From: Octopus bimaculoides
Lineage: Eukaryota
Direction: 5' to 3'
Length of the DNA: 51,814 nucleotides
Assembly: GCF_001194135.2 (NCBI RefSeq)
Contig: NC_068981.1
Coordinates: 116,652,938-116,704,751 of the forward strand
Under the pieces are notes generated by a model. The model searched no databases. It was not told where the DNA came from and worked only from the letters and a program-made list of their open reading frames with translations. Shown here one piece after another: positions 22,690 through 35,290 of this stretch (position 1 is the first letter of the stretch; each line of letters begins with the position of its first letter). A program made the translations under genes and the position numbers.

Positions 22690-24940
22690 AAGTAAATGCT
22701 ACAGATACATAGGCATTGATGAAAATATATCATTCGTAGGTCCGTGAGAAAATATATCGGGACAGAAGAATAACACCCAGACAAAGAAAATTGTGGACGG
22801 GAGGGGTCTGCTGTTAGAGTCACACACACCACCAGATATTTGCTGCACCAAATCTGATAACAGCAATTGGATACTTGATTGCTCTGCAAAGGAAGTCCAC
22901 TCCATGAACATTAAAACCCATAAGATCCTGACATTAACTGGAAACTTCCACAGAAATAGCGATACCGACATGATCTACATAAGGAGAAATGAAGAATATA
23001 TTGGGTCATCCCATAAACAATGCAGTTTTTTAAATACTTCTTTTACTTTTCAAAATTAAGATAAAAATGTTCTTTTTTAATCTAAAATATACTCTCCTTC
23101 ATTTTCTACAATGCTCTTTCATCTATACGGTCGACTTATAAGGCCCTTCTACTAAAATTCAGTTCTTATGACTAAAAATACTCCTCCAGTACTGTTCTGA
23201 CCTCGTCTACTGAATTCATATTTTTTTTTTGCGTTCACGACTGCGGAATAAATAACAATCAGATGGGGCAATGTCTGGCGAATATTGTAGGTGGGACATT
23301 GTTTTCCAAACTTCTCCAGCCTTTGGAATACCATCCTCGCTGTATGGAAGAATATTTTTCGTCTTGAAACCAAAGATGGTCATTTTTCTTCTAGTGCAGG
23401 TGTTGATAAATGGTTTAATAACCAAATCCAAATTTCTCTGCTAGTTCCTCAACAGTTACGATGGGATTTCGTTCCACCAGTGTTTGCAGAACGTCCTCGT
23501 CGAGCTCTACAACTCTTCCAGGATGAGGCTCGTCTTCTATGCTGTAGTTTCCGGCTCGGAATTTCTGGAAACACCGTTAACACTGGCTTACGCTTATTGT
23601 CCGATCCCCATATACTGCATTAATATTCCTCGCACTTTCCGTTACCTTTATTGAACTCAAAGTAAAATATGCTGAATATGCTCCTTTGTCACTTCCATTA
23701 TAGCTTTGAAAAAATAACTTTTAAAATCGAACTGCACTCTTCATACCTTGCAGTAAGGATACGTAGCAAGTNNNNNNNNNNATCGAACTGCACTCTTCAT
23801 ACCTTGCAGTAAGGATACGTAGCAAGTTGATGCAGGTAGTTTATCCCGCCCCATTCCGACATTCAGTTCATGCAATTGGAAAAACCGCGTTAATTATGGG
23901 TTGAGATCAGCGCACACAGCATTCAAATGCCGTATGGTATCTACCAGACAGTACCTGCTAAAAAAGAACAGTAAAAAATAAATATGTAAACCTAGTGCAG
24001 AAAAGCGAAGAAAGCAACATCCTCCTTGAAAACAGTAGGGTTTTCAGGAAGAATCTTTCCTGATGACCTCCCATACACCGCCAAAACAGCTGGATTTAGA
24101 TGCCTTAAAAGAAGCCCTGGATGTGAAACGCTCAGCATTCCATATGCATGGATTATCTCTCCCGATAAGTGGAAGATTACACGGATATAGACCTGAAGTT
24201 TAGCCTATCTTAAACTCGCGACTGCTACGTCACATATTGAATGTTATGTGTTTTCAATACCACGATGAGGAGATTGCTACATTATACTTAACAAACAAAA
24301 TACACATTGAAAACCTTTGAACCTGAAGATCCATCTAAAATGACGATTTTGTCACAAACTGTGGAAGCTATCAGCAAATGACCCAAAATGTCATCAAGGC
24401 TGGTTCTACTTCGCAATGCGACATGATGTTATACAATGCGGTCCTAACAAGGAACAAGTGTTCGATAATGAATATGGAGAATTTTCCAATTATTCAATAC
24501 AGGAATATAGGTGGAACATTCAAATATTACAAGTGTCAATAGAGTAGGCTGGATATAACTGTTTGGAGCAAACTAGAAAAGTAGGTACCATGAGAGAGGT
24601 CAGCTGCATTCATGTTGAAAAAATTTATTCGAAAAGCCAAAAGGATAACTATGGACAATCGCTTTGAAAATTTGAGTTTCTTCAAATTTATACCAATAAT
24701 GGGTGTACTTGGTTGTGTAAATAAGTGCTTAAGTCTCAAAATGGACAAGCTAAAATTGTCAGGAAAAGAAATCAATCGGCTATCAGAGATATTAAAAACA
24801 CAATCGGTAAGCAGAAAAGTAAAAGTATGCAATATAGTTTTCAAATTCACTATATATATTCCAATGATGGGGCTCTGTAGAAACTAAAGACCTTACAAAC
24901 CAACTCATTCTATACAGGGAGATTTCAAATAAAAAATAAA
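22690..24940 (+). mobile_element. R4/Dong-type (RLE) non-LTR retrotransposon relic, interrupted by a mariner
   Basis: Collinear motifs: YRYIGIDEN, IKTHKILTLTGNFHRNSDTDMIYIRRNE | GLRSAHTAFKCRMVS, SHIECYVFSI, PKMSSR..MRHDV, RLDITVW, EVSC..KDNYG, FIPIMGVLGCV. Confidence 0.8.
23001..23900 (-). mobile_element. Internally deleted mariner nested in the R4/Dong relic
   Basis: TA + TIR ttgggtcatcccataaacaatgcagtttttt, and a truncated opposite TIR aaaaaccgcgttaattatggg. MEVTKEHI..HTH is joined directly to the ..YSPDIAPSDCYLFRS C-terminus. Confidence 0.88.
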
Positions 24941-25031
24941 AGAATATACATGAGAATATATACATACACACACACATATATAAGTATTTCTGTGTGTATA
25001 TATATAAATATATATANNNNNNNNNNNNNNN

Positions 25032-25062
<31 letters not shown>

Positions 25063-25796
25063 ACGTATATATAATTCAATTTTCACTCATACATACAGTT
25101 AAGTTTGTGTGCGTACGTGCGCGCGTGTTTGTGACTGTGTGTATGTATACGAATATGTATGAATAAATATGTGTGTTTAAAGAGCCCGCATTTTCTTCTT
25201 ACTTTGTGGCTTGACACTCAATATATGTCGTGGTTTCGTGGTATCACATTTGATAGATATATCTCTTCACGCATGTCTTTTATCAATTTAACTGTTAAAT
25301 ACTACAAGTCGGTAGATTTACTGCTTTATATACTTCTAACCTGCCATCTTGACCTTGCTAACAGGGATATAGTTTTACACTTCTTACACACCAGTTATCA
25401 ATGTTTATGGTTATACATCCCACAATCCTAACCAATCTATTTCCGGTCGAAAATATCAAATTTCTTGGCCGTTTCTCTTTCTTAAAATGACTGACAAATA
25501 TAAAACTGTGTATATGTTATTTTTATACGTTCTAGTACCGTTTGTGACTTGTATTTATAATGTAAATAAGTAAAAGGCTATAAAATGAAGTTCTTGCATG
25601 CCTGTCTGTATGTGTCTCCCTTCCTCTATCTATCTATCTATCTATCTGTCTATCTATCTATCTATCTATCTATCGACTTATACCCTCTATCTCTCCTTAT
25701 AGCTATATGTGTGTTTGCGTGTGCTTAAACTTTTGCGTGCGTGAGGTTATATACAGATATAATATGTACATGTATATGCGAATACATATATATGTG

Positions 25797-25801
<5 letters not shown>

Positions 25802-25841
<40 letters not shown>

Positions 25842-25850
25842 GAGAGAAAG

Positions 25851-25920
<70 letters not shown>

Positions 25921-25955
25921 GTAGATAGATAGATAGATAAATAGATAGATAGATA
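25802..25955 (+). repeat. Compound (TA)n-(GA)n-(GATA)n microsatellite
   Basis: Direct reading. Confidence 0.95.
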
Positions 25956-26174
25956 AAACAAGGTATAAATAATGGTCATTATATATTTTTCTTTTATTGT
26001 TGTTTCCCGTTGTCGTTTTAGGTTCGTTGCTGATAGGTTTACTCAAATGGCTTATTGATCATTTGAGAAAAGTTGAACGACCTAAAGAGTTAATGCCACT
26101 GTCGTTAGAGCCTATTTCTGGTTATGACAAATAAATCACTGAAGGAATGGTGTAGTATATGTGTATACATATAT

Positions 26175-26240
<66 letters not shown>

Positions 26241-26241
26241 A

Positions 26242-27117
26242 CGTGGTCTGATTAATACTATCTGTACTGTTGACATAGTAACGAAACTACAGCACAGCGA
26301 GCAAGGCCGCTTGGCTCCGATTGACTGTGAACTCTGCTGTTCATGCGCACTAAATTTTGACGTTCTAGCTCACTTCGGCTGTTTATAGCAGTGCTTGGAA
26401 GGAAGATGTGTATCATGTGACCGTCGCATTGTCCATGACAGACTAAGCTGAGGAGAGAATCTATTTGGCGATACCTGCTCAGAGGCCTACACAAAGTTAT
26501 CACAAAGTTTTCATCGTTATCAACGCAATCATAGAGATCTTGTGCAACTGAAGCTCGAGTACCATTTTGGTCAGCTGAAAGCAGTTTTGACACAAACTTG
26601 GCAGACACGCGTCTGATATCTAAATCTGCAATGATAATGAGCTGAACTGAATCGTAATTCATCTACACATCCTCTGATAAATCACGGATGGTGATTCGAC
26701 AATTTCCTCTCACAGCTGCTCGCACATCTGCGTTGCTTTTCTTAGCTCTGCTGGTTGCGAATCTCCCAAGACTTTCGTCAATATCGACATTTTTTCAGCC
26801 ATCTTGGAAACGTCTGAACGACTCGTACACTTGTGTACGGCTCTTACACTTTTCTCCATATACTGTCTGCAACCTTGTGTAGGCCTCTGAGCAGGTATCA
26901 CCGTGACAACTTTTTTTGTCATGGTCAATGGTGACGATTACACTCTACATAGCTCTCTTCCAAGCACTGTTGTAAACAGCGAAAGTGAACTAGAGCGTTA
27001 AAACTTACTGCGCATGCACGGCAGAGTTCCAGGTCAATCTGCATTTAGCGGCTTTACTTTGCGTGCCTTAGCTTCGTTACTATGGGAACAGTCCGGATAC
27101 TTATTGATCAGACCATA
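26242..27117. mobile_element. Foldback mariner (irritans-like) built from two inverted 5' ends
   Basis: 26242-26493 is inverted-homologous to 26876-27117, including gatacctgctcagaggcctacaca. The minus-strand transposase relic ..VYGE..SRTQVYE.F.RFQDG..RRVSAKFVSKLL..ENFVIT stops at the junction. Confidence 0.85.
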
Positions 27118-29949
27118 TATATATATATACATACTTTTGTGTCTGGCGAGATGTATGTATGTGTAGCAATTTAAGCCATCACACACGAAAGTACGACTCA
27201 ATGTTCAATTGTAGAATACTGTAGAAATTATTTTCTATCATTAGCCTAATGTTTCTATATCAGATAATGATTCCTAGTTTATATAACTTTATATAATACT
27301 AGTTTTTTTTTCATTCCCTCTCTCTGTTTATCTTTTTCATTCTCTCTCCGTTTATTTTCTTTTATTCCTTTCTGTGTATATAATTTTATATAATACTATA
27401 ATTACTTTTAGAAATTTTGTGATTAAAATACAAAATTGTAAAAGTAAATTGCATATGCATTCTACAAGTGTCAATACTTTTCGTTATATTGTCGATGGAT
27501 AAGTTGTCAAAGCAAAGATTCCATGTCTTTGATATGCTTGATGATAGAATATATATTGAGAAAGATATATTTATTGACAAAGAGATCTTTGTGATATTAA
27601 AATCATAAGACAATTGTTGTTCTATGATATCATTTGAAATATTTTGGGCTTTAAATTTGATAGGTATAGCTATAGATATCGGTACATATATGGGTTGTTT
27701 GAGGCTAATTAGCTTTTTTTGTTGGACTTTTCAACATAAAATGTGTGAGATTAGTGAAATATCAATTCTCTAATGTGACTTATAGAATAAAATGGGAAAT
27801 GAAAGAAATTTTACGGAGTGACAATTTCAGCATGAAGTATTATAGTGTATGTTCATAGTCATCAGATTCCAGGTACAACTAGCAATCGCGGTACCATAAC
27901 TTCTTTTAATTTTTCTTGAAGCATAATTGCATTGATGTATATGGGTTTGCTGATAAGCCGTTGCTGTCGATGCCATTTGGTGCCATTCAGTGCCATTCAG
28001 TGCTAACTGTTTGTGGTTTAGTAGACAAAGGTTTCTCTCTAGCTTTTGTCCATGACTTGTTACAGATTTTCGAAGTGGAATTTGCATGCTGTTGTGTCGC
28101 TGGTGCTGTTAGGGTTAGTATATTTCATCACTATATTATAGATTATAGATGTGAAATTTTAGCAAAGCTTGTTTTTGTTGTATAATTGTAGCTAAATATA
28201 TTCTGTATTTGAATCGCATTGAGAAATATAGACCTACACTTACAGAAAATTTTGATTCTTTCAAGTTGCAGAAATATTTTCTAAAATGGTTATTGACATT
28301 ACGATGAAAGTAAACAAAGTTTCCTTTAGAAGCGTTGAAAGATAAGGAAATAATTTTATTCTCAAACGCAGGATAATGCTAATAATATAGCATGAATATA
28401 AAACGTCATACATCTTTTGTAGTTTCATTTTTTCTTCAACAGAACGCAAGCAGATACATTCTGTTGAATTTTTATAATTTAGGAAACCATTATGTCTGTT
28501 ATGGTAAACTTGCACACGATTGCAAGTTCATACCGAGAATATAAACTCAGTATTATCTTATATTTGCACATGGATCGAAAGCAGTACACGAAATCCCGAA
28601 AAGTTCAGTTCTTTGCTTTTTTTTTTTAATATAAAATTATTTCAAAAGATACAAAATTTCTAGAATAATATTATTATTTGCATGTTTTTCTCTATAACTC
28701 GGTGTATTTTTTATAGATTCAAGACTATTTTAACAGTAAACTTTAGTTATGGACGGTTAATAGTTTTCATTGTTAAACTTGATGAATGCTTAGCTGTGTT
28801 TCTTTTTTGTGTTTATGACAGATGTTCCGGAAAGACAATACTGGATTATAAAAGGTTTTGTGGTCGGTTGTATTTGAAATATGATTACTTGTGATTCATA
28901 GTTCAGGATTAGTGGTTGCGGAGTGATTGAAAAAGTTTGATATTCGATGTTTAGACTAGAGTCTGTATTTCTTGAATTGTTATTTATGGAAATCAAATTA
29001 TGGCTGAATATTTGTTTTTTAATTTTATCTTAGTAACAAAGCCATTTCTCTACTTTTGAGAAGATACACACCGCAGAAAATGTTTCAACAACAGAGGCTA
29101 ATTATTATCATTGAGCTCATATACCTGTTGATATATATTAAAGTAACATCAAAACATGGATATTTTTTTTTAATATCACCAATCTTCAATTTCAAACTCA
29201 TGTTAATATGACCTTTTCTTGACAAGCATTAATGTTTTATAAATATCTGTTTCGCCAACTCATTTTTCAAAAGAATATTAGTGATTTCAGATATACGTCA
29301 TCAGACAAAACTTATAAATACACAGGAAATAGATTTATATTTACACATATGGATATCATATATGCACACAGCATCTTCTCCGTCTGCCAACGACAGTCAA
29401 TGCTTTCAATTTCGATGTATGACAATAATGAAAGAGAAGTAAATTACGTTGATGCAGACGTTCTCTCTATTTTCTCAGACGACAAAATGTTTGAGAGAAG
29501 CTGTCAATCGAAAGGTCATACTGTAACCTTCAGCTAAAACCAAATAATATACACACACACACACACACAAAAAAAAACACACACACACATATATATATAT
29601 ACGTACATACATGCATACATATGTGCATACATACATAAATACACACGCACATTTATATATACACACATATACTAATTGCCTGTATAATGACCACATACTA
29701 AATAAAGATACTAAATACAGGGAAATTAATACTTTAGATTCAATAAAATTCATATGCATATTAGTTTTTATATTTACCTTGCATACACACATGTGTGTGT
29801 CTATAAGGTATGTATGTGTATACATGTACATCTATAGTTGTCTATGTATGTATATGCTTGTATTTGTATGTCTGTATGCCTGTATGTATGAATGCGCGTA
29901 TGTGTGTGTGTGTATATATATATATATACATATATATATATGGATGTAT

Positions 29950-29986
<37 letters not shown>

Positions 29987-31323
29987 NNNNNNNNNNNNNN
30001 NNNNNNNNNNNNNNNNNNNNNNNNNNNNNNNNNNNNNNNNNNNNNNNNNNNNNNNNNNNNNNNNNNNNNNNNNNNNNNNNNNNNNNNNNNNNNNNNNNNN
30101 NNNNNNNNNNNNNNNNNNNNNNNNNNNNNNNNNNNNNNNNNNNNNNNNNNNNNNNNNNNNNNNNNNNNNNNNNNNNNNNNNNNNNNNNNNNNNNNNNNNN
30201 NNNNNNNNNNNNNNNNNNNNNNNNNNNNNNNNNNNNNNNNNNNNNNNNNNNNNNNNNNNNNNNNNNNNNNNNNNNNNNNNNNNNNNNNNNNNNNNNNNNN
30301 NNNNNNNNNNNNNNNNNNNNNNNNNNNNNNNNNNNNNNNNNNNNNNNNNNNNNNNNNNNNNNNNNNNNNNNNNNNNNNNNNNNNNNNNNNNNNNNNNNNN
30401 NNNNNNNNNNNNNNNNNNNNNNNNNNNNNNNNNNNNNNNNNNNNNNNNNNNNNNNNNNNNNNNNNNNNNNNNNNNNNNNNNNNNNNNNNNNNNNNNNNNN
30501 NNNNNNNNNNNNNNNNNNNNNNNNNNNNNNNNNNNNNNNNNNNNNNNNNNNNNNNNNNNNNNNNNNNNNNNNNNNNNNNNNNNNNNNNNNNNNNNNNNNN
30601 NNNNNNNNNNNNNNNNNNNNNNNNNNNNNNNNNNNNNNNNNNNNNNNNNNNNNNNNNNNNNNNNNNNNNNNNNNNNNNNNNNNNNNNNNNNNNNNNNNNN
30701 NNNNNNNNNNNNNNNNNNNNNNNNNNNNNNNNNNNNNNNNNNNNNNNNNNNNNNNNNNNNNNNNNNNNNNNNNNNNNNNNNNNNNNNNNNNNNNNNNNNN
30801 NNNNNNNNNNNNNNNNNNNNNNNNNNNNNNNNNNNNNNNNNNNNNNNNNNNNNNNNNNNNNNNNNNNNNNNNNNNNNNNNNNNNNNNNNNNNNNNNNNNN
30901 NNNNNNNNNNNNNNNNNNNNNNNNNNNNNNNATATATATATATACGTACATACATGCATACATATGTGCATACATACATAAATATAGATATATAGATATG
31001 TGCATATGCCAATGTTTTATTTTCGACTGAATTCGCATTTCGTATGAGTATAGATGACATCAGTAATATGTTTACTAAAAATAATCTTTAGATTACGAAA
31101 CGAAGATATCTATTTTTTGTTTTACTTACTAAATCCGTGATAGTTATTCATTTTTAGGTTTCCTATTCTGCCTTTCAAAAATATCATCTTCACCCTTATC
31201 AAAATGTGATACGAGAGCATATTTGATATTCGCTGATCTTGTTCGAAATCCGTAAAACAAGTTATTTACCATATGGAATGAGGAATACAATAACATGACT
31301 TAAACTTCAACTGCACTAAAAGA

Positions 31324-31443
31324 ATGGCGGTGAGGAAAGACGTTACCAGTTCCAAAGTCGAAGAAGTAGAAAACATGGTGATGAAATGTGAAAAAAAATA
31401 TTCAGGAGAAAATTTATGCATTCGTGTGAGATCCAAAAACCAA
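31324..31443 (+). CDS. Candidate first coding exon of an unidentified gene
   Basis: AGAATGG start context, upstream in-frame stop at 31291, 40 open codons MAVRKDVTSSKVEEVENMVMKCEKKYSGENLCIRVRSKNQ, then donor CAA|GTAAGC (phase 0). Confidence 0.4.
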
Positions 31444-32703
31444 GTAAGCGAATATCATCATTATCCGCTCTATTTTGAGACATTCTGATAAAACACAAAC
31501 ATATTACTTTCCCTAGACGTTATGCTGACAGCCATTAATTTCATAGAACTTGCATACCGGACTCTTTATGTGCTATGTGTTTTAACAGCAAACCGGTTCT
31601 GATATTACTGGTTTTGCTCATAAACGGAGACTTTTAAATTTACATATTTCCACTTGACTTTAGAGCCGTAGAAATACTACATAAATATTCCATTGTATTG
31701 TATTGTATCAATATTACAAATTAAGACGTTCTTCATGATGTTCTTGTTTTTAATACGTAATAATCGTCCCATTTCATAAATTTCATAACGGTTGTGTAAG
31801 GTAGGGAATATCCCAAACAAAGTCTAGCAATTTTAATTTCGGAATCACATCGTTGCCTTTATGCATTGTTTAGCTATATTGATTTCATTAGCTCGCATCA
31901 TCTAACTAAATATTAATTTATGCCTGTCAAATACACTTTAATGAAGTATTTATCTCATATATTGCCTTCTCTCGACATATTTAGTTACGCCTCTTTAAAT
32001 GCACTTTAACTTTCATTTAAATGAGATCGTAACTTTGAAGTGCTTAGGCTGGTCAAGTCGACTATAATTTTCTACCTATTTTCTTTTGTTCGTAAGTTAA
32101 AAATTAATTACGAATTTCCTTATGAGAACGATAGTTGCGAAATAGCAGAGACATTAAGAATATTGGAAAGACCAACCTGTGGTGTTAGATCAAATTCTCT
32201 ACGCTCTGGTTTCAAATTCTGTTGTGATCAACCTTGCCTTTCTTTTTTCAATAACGACGAATCAAATACCAACCTAGAAATGTAGGCTAGTGGAACTGAT
32301 AAACACCAGAGAAGATACTTTGTGATAAATGTTTAGCGAGAAGGAAGCAAACTATGACCAGCCTACAAGTACCGGGAAACGTATCACTTGTGTCCCGGCG
32401 AACGCTAATACAACTCCGATACGAGACAGGGTAATGTGTCGATGAGAAAGATATCTTGGTCACATCAATAAAGCAAGTGAATTTTGCATAAAGTGTGTAA
32501 AACTCTGGAACATAGAAAAAATATATATTACTAGGATGGTGGTTGACAAAAATCGGCAGCGCGGTGGACAACGTCTTACTGTGTTTATTTCCTACGTTTG
32601 CATACCACTTGGAGATAAAATGACTTTTATCTTTCCAAAGTTTATCGATTATTTACCAGTCGAAGACTGTTACCATATAATCGAAAATACTCATTCCTTC
32701 CAG

Positions 32704-32788
32704 ATGTGTAACTGTTCCCCTTGGTTAGAAAGCATTATCACTTGTTTCAATGTGGTAGATAGTAGAATGAGTGAAGCTGCAATGCTCC
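32704..32788 (+). CDS. Candidate internal exon (85 nt)
   Basis: Acceptor tcattccttccag| and donor |GTAAGT. Only the phase-0 frame is open (MCNCSPWLESIITCFNVVDSRMSEAAML), which is compatible with the 31.3-kb exon. Confidence 0.45.
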
Positions 32789-32834
32789 GTAAGTTTAGGT
32801 TCCAAATATAAATCCAGAATAAGTTGCAGGTACA

Positions 32835-33130
32835 AAATTTACCTCTGCGGAATTTGAACTCAGAACGTAATGACGGACGAAATGCTGCAAAGCACTTTGT
32901 CCGGCGGGATAACGATTCAGCCGGCTCGCCGCCTCAACAGCTACAACAAAAATATTGGTTTCAGATTTTGGCACAAGTCCAGCAATTTCGGGTTAAAGGG
33001 TAAGTCGATTACATCAACCCTAGTACTCAACTGATCAAAGGCAAAGTCGACCTCAGCGGAATTTGAACTCATAACATAACAGAGGAAATGCCACTAAGCG
33101 TTCTAACCATTCTATCACTTCACCGCCTTT
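32835..33130 (-). mobile_element. Two tandem SINE family 1 copies (32835-32934 and 32950-33130)
   Basis: cggaatttgaactc occurs twice (B box reverse complement); heads gccggctcgccgcct and caccgcc. Confidence 0.85.
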
Positions 33131-34101
33131 ACAACAACAGCAACAATAATATTAGCAGCAATAATGACAACAGTTAACACAAGTAGTAAGAAAGAATACT
33201 AAGTGCATATTCAGTTAATTGGTCTTTTGTTCTATATTTATATCCCAAAGTATAGTTTCTATGCCATTTACAGTATATAACACAAAAATATCTAACGTTC
33301 TTACATCATCAGTTCTTACTACTTGTCCATAACCTTCGTTTCATCTCAATTCCTAATGTCTTAAATATTTCAAACATCAATTATATTTCAGTTAGCCTAT
33401 CCTGTCATTTACACTGGACTTTTACATTTGAAGAAAAGATCATATGAATTTGTAAAAGTCTGCTTTTATTTTATGTCTTTCCATTTCATGATGATTAAAA
33501 GTTAAGTTGCTTGTGGTGACTTTTGAATTCGATTAAGAATATTACATCGAGGCTATTCATCCATCAAGTAGCTAGAACGAGAAGATTACTTGAGCCAAAG
33601 AGCAGAGTGTCTTTTTGAAATTCATTGATCATTTGCTCATCAAGTAGATACTCGAAACTGAATGTTTAAAGACAAATACATAACATAAATGTTCATGTTT
33701 GCGTTTCAGCCTTTTACAGATTGTGAGATTAAGTGTTTTTAAGCATCTTGATGAAGTTTTAACAAATGCTTCACTGAACTAGAAACTGCTTACTACCACT
33801 ACGCTTACACAGTATACTCCTACATTCTCTTCCTCTCATCATTTCTACTGTGTCTCAATCCAGGCTTCTACCTAATCGTATTTCTAGATCATTTCTCCGC
33901 AAAAACTGTCCGTCATTCATTCACTCTCGAATTTTCTCATGGAAGCATGAAACTATAGAACTACGAACGGAGTATTCGTCCATGAACTTTAATCGATCTC
34001 AACATTTTTGTTGGACTTCCAAAATTTATGGGTGATAACTGTCATCCTCCAATACTAACACACAGGCACACGCTCAAATATTCTTCTGCATATGGTTCAC
34101 C

Positions 34102-34150
<49 letters not shown>

Positions 34151-34241
34151 CAGTTGAAATATATAGAAAAACAAAAGGCAAAATTGGGTGTATGAACAAC
34201 AAGTGACTGTATTAGCTTCACGCTCGGGAAAATGAAAAGGT

Positions 34242-34277
34242 CGTTTACGTTTCGAGCCTATGCTCTTCAAGAGAAAG
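34242..34277 (-). ncRNA. Degenerate minimal hammerhead motif
   Basis: cuuu-CUCUUGA-A-GAGC(AUAG)GCUC-GAAAC-GUA-aacg; core differs from CUGANGA at two positions. Confidence 0.4.
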
Positions 34278-34410
34278 GAATAAGAGAAAATAAACAGAGA
34301 GAGAATGAAAAGATAAACAGAGAGAGAGAATGAAAAAATAACTTGTAGATTTCAACCGCTGAAATCTACAAACTTTTGTTTATTCTCTCTCTGTATATTT
34401 TCTCTTATTC

Positions 34411-34446
34411 CTTTCTAATGAAGAGCGTAGGCTCGAAACGTAAAAG
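34411..34446 (+). ncRNA. Minimal hammerhead motif with one core substitution
   Basis: CUUU-CUAAUGA-A-GAGC(GUAG)GCUC-GAAAC-GUA-AAAG; stem I CUUU/AAAG is perfect, GUA triplet present, G5 changed to A. Confidence 0.55.
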
Positions 34447-35049
34447 ACGTTTTCATTTCCTCGAGCGTCAAACTAAGACACTTACTTGCTGTTCATACAC
34501 CTGTCTTGTTTTTCTATAAATTTCAACTATATATTATACGCTCACGTGGTTACTCCAGTTTGACCCTGCCGGAACTTCTTACTCTTTGGACTTGCATTTT
34601 TTAACCACTTACCGAACCTTTAGTACCTCTCCTTATCCACATACCAGCAGTCCACCTGGATTACGACTGGATCTACTGACGCTACTTTCACGGATTTCAT
34701 TGGATTTTTTTGTTTATATATGTGTGTATGTGTGTGTGTGTGTGCGTGTGTGCCTGTCTGTCTGTTTGTATGTTGTCATGTGTATACATCCATCGCACAT
34801 ATAAGCATACATACAAACATGCATANNNNNNNNNNNNNNNNNNNNNNNNNNNNNNNNNNNNNNNNNNNNNNNNNNNNNNNNNNNNNNNNNNNNNNNNNNN
34901 NNNNNNNNNNNNNNNNNNNNNNNNNNNNNNNNNNNNNNNATATATATACTTGTACAAGGCTGTTGGTACAATGAAAAGAAATTGACGGTATTTCAAAGTT
35001 GCATTTGTATATGCGTTTTAATTTTGGTGTCAAGTTTTAGCAGACACCT

Positions 35050-35231
35050 CGAGGAGGGACTAAGTGGATTATATTGATTTCAGTGCATGACTGGTACTTA
35101 TTTCATCGAAGGCCGGAAGGATGAAAGGCAAAGGGGAGCCCGGCACCATCTAAAGTCAGAACTCAGAAGTTGGAAGAAATGCCGTTAAGAATTTTCTCGG
35201 CGGTGTAACGATTCTGATGGCTCTCTGCCGT
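35050..35231 (-). mobile_element. SINE family 1, decayed
   Basis: ctggtacttatttcatcga..gaaggatgaaaggcaaag...gaaatgccgttaag...acgattctg. Confidence 0.7.
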
Positions 35232-35290
35232 ATATATGCATTTGAACATTGAAAAGATAACATCAAAAAACTTCCACATAGTTTTCGTAC

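Larger units (their letters stand above)
34152..34528. mobile_element. Palindromic (foldback) family A element with a hammerhead-like motif in each arm
   Basis: The arms are reverse complements throughout (agttgaaat...atttcaact). The centre is a perfect 12-bp stem ttgtagatttca/tgaaatctacaa around accgc. Confidence 0.85.

Noticed and set aside
23726-23827. Exact 46-bp direct repeat flanking a 10-N gap
   Set aside because: Typical unmerged contig overlap; an assembly artefact
24090-24180. SIPYAWII resembling the RT motif SVPHSWI
   Set aside because: Another frame fits the collinear R4 C-terminal order, so this is a coincidence
29372-29535. Possible exon on either strand
   Set aside because: The plus-strand donor is weak, and all minus frames after the acceptor hit stops
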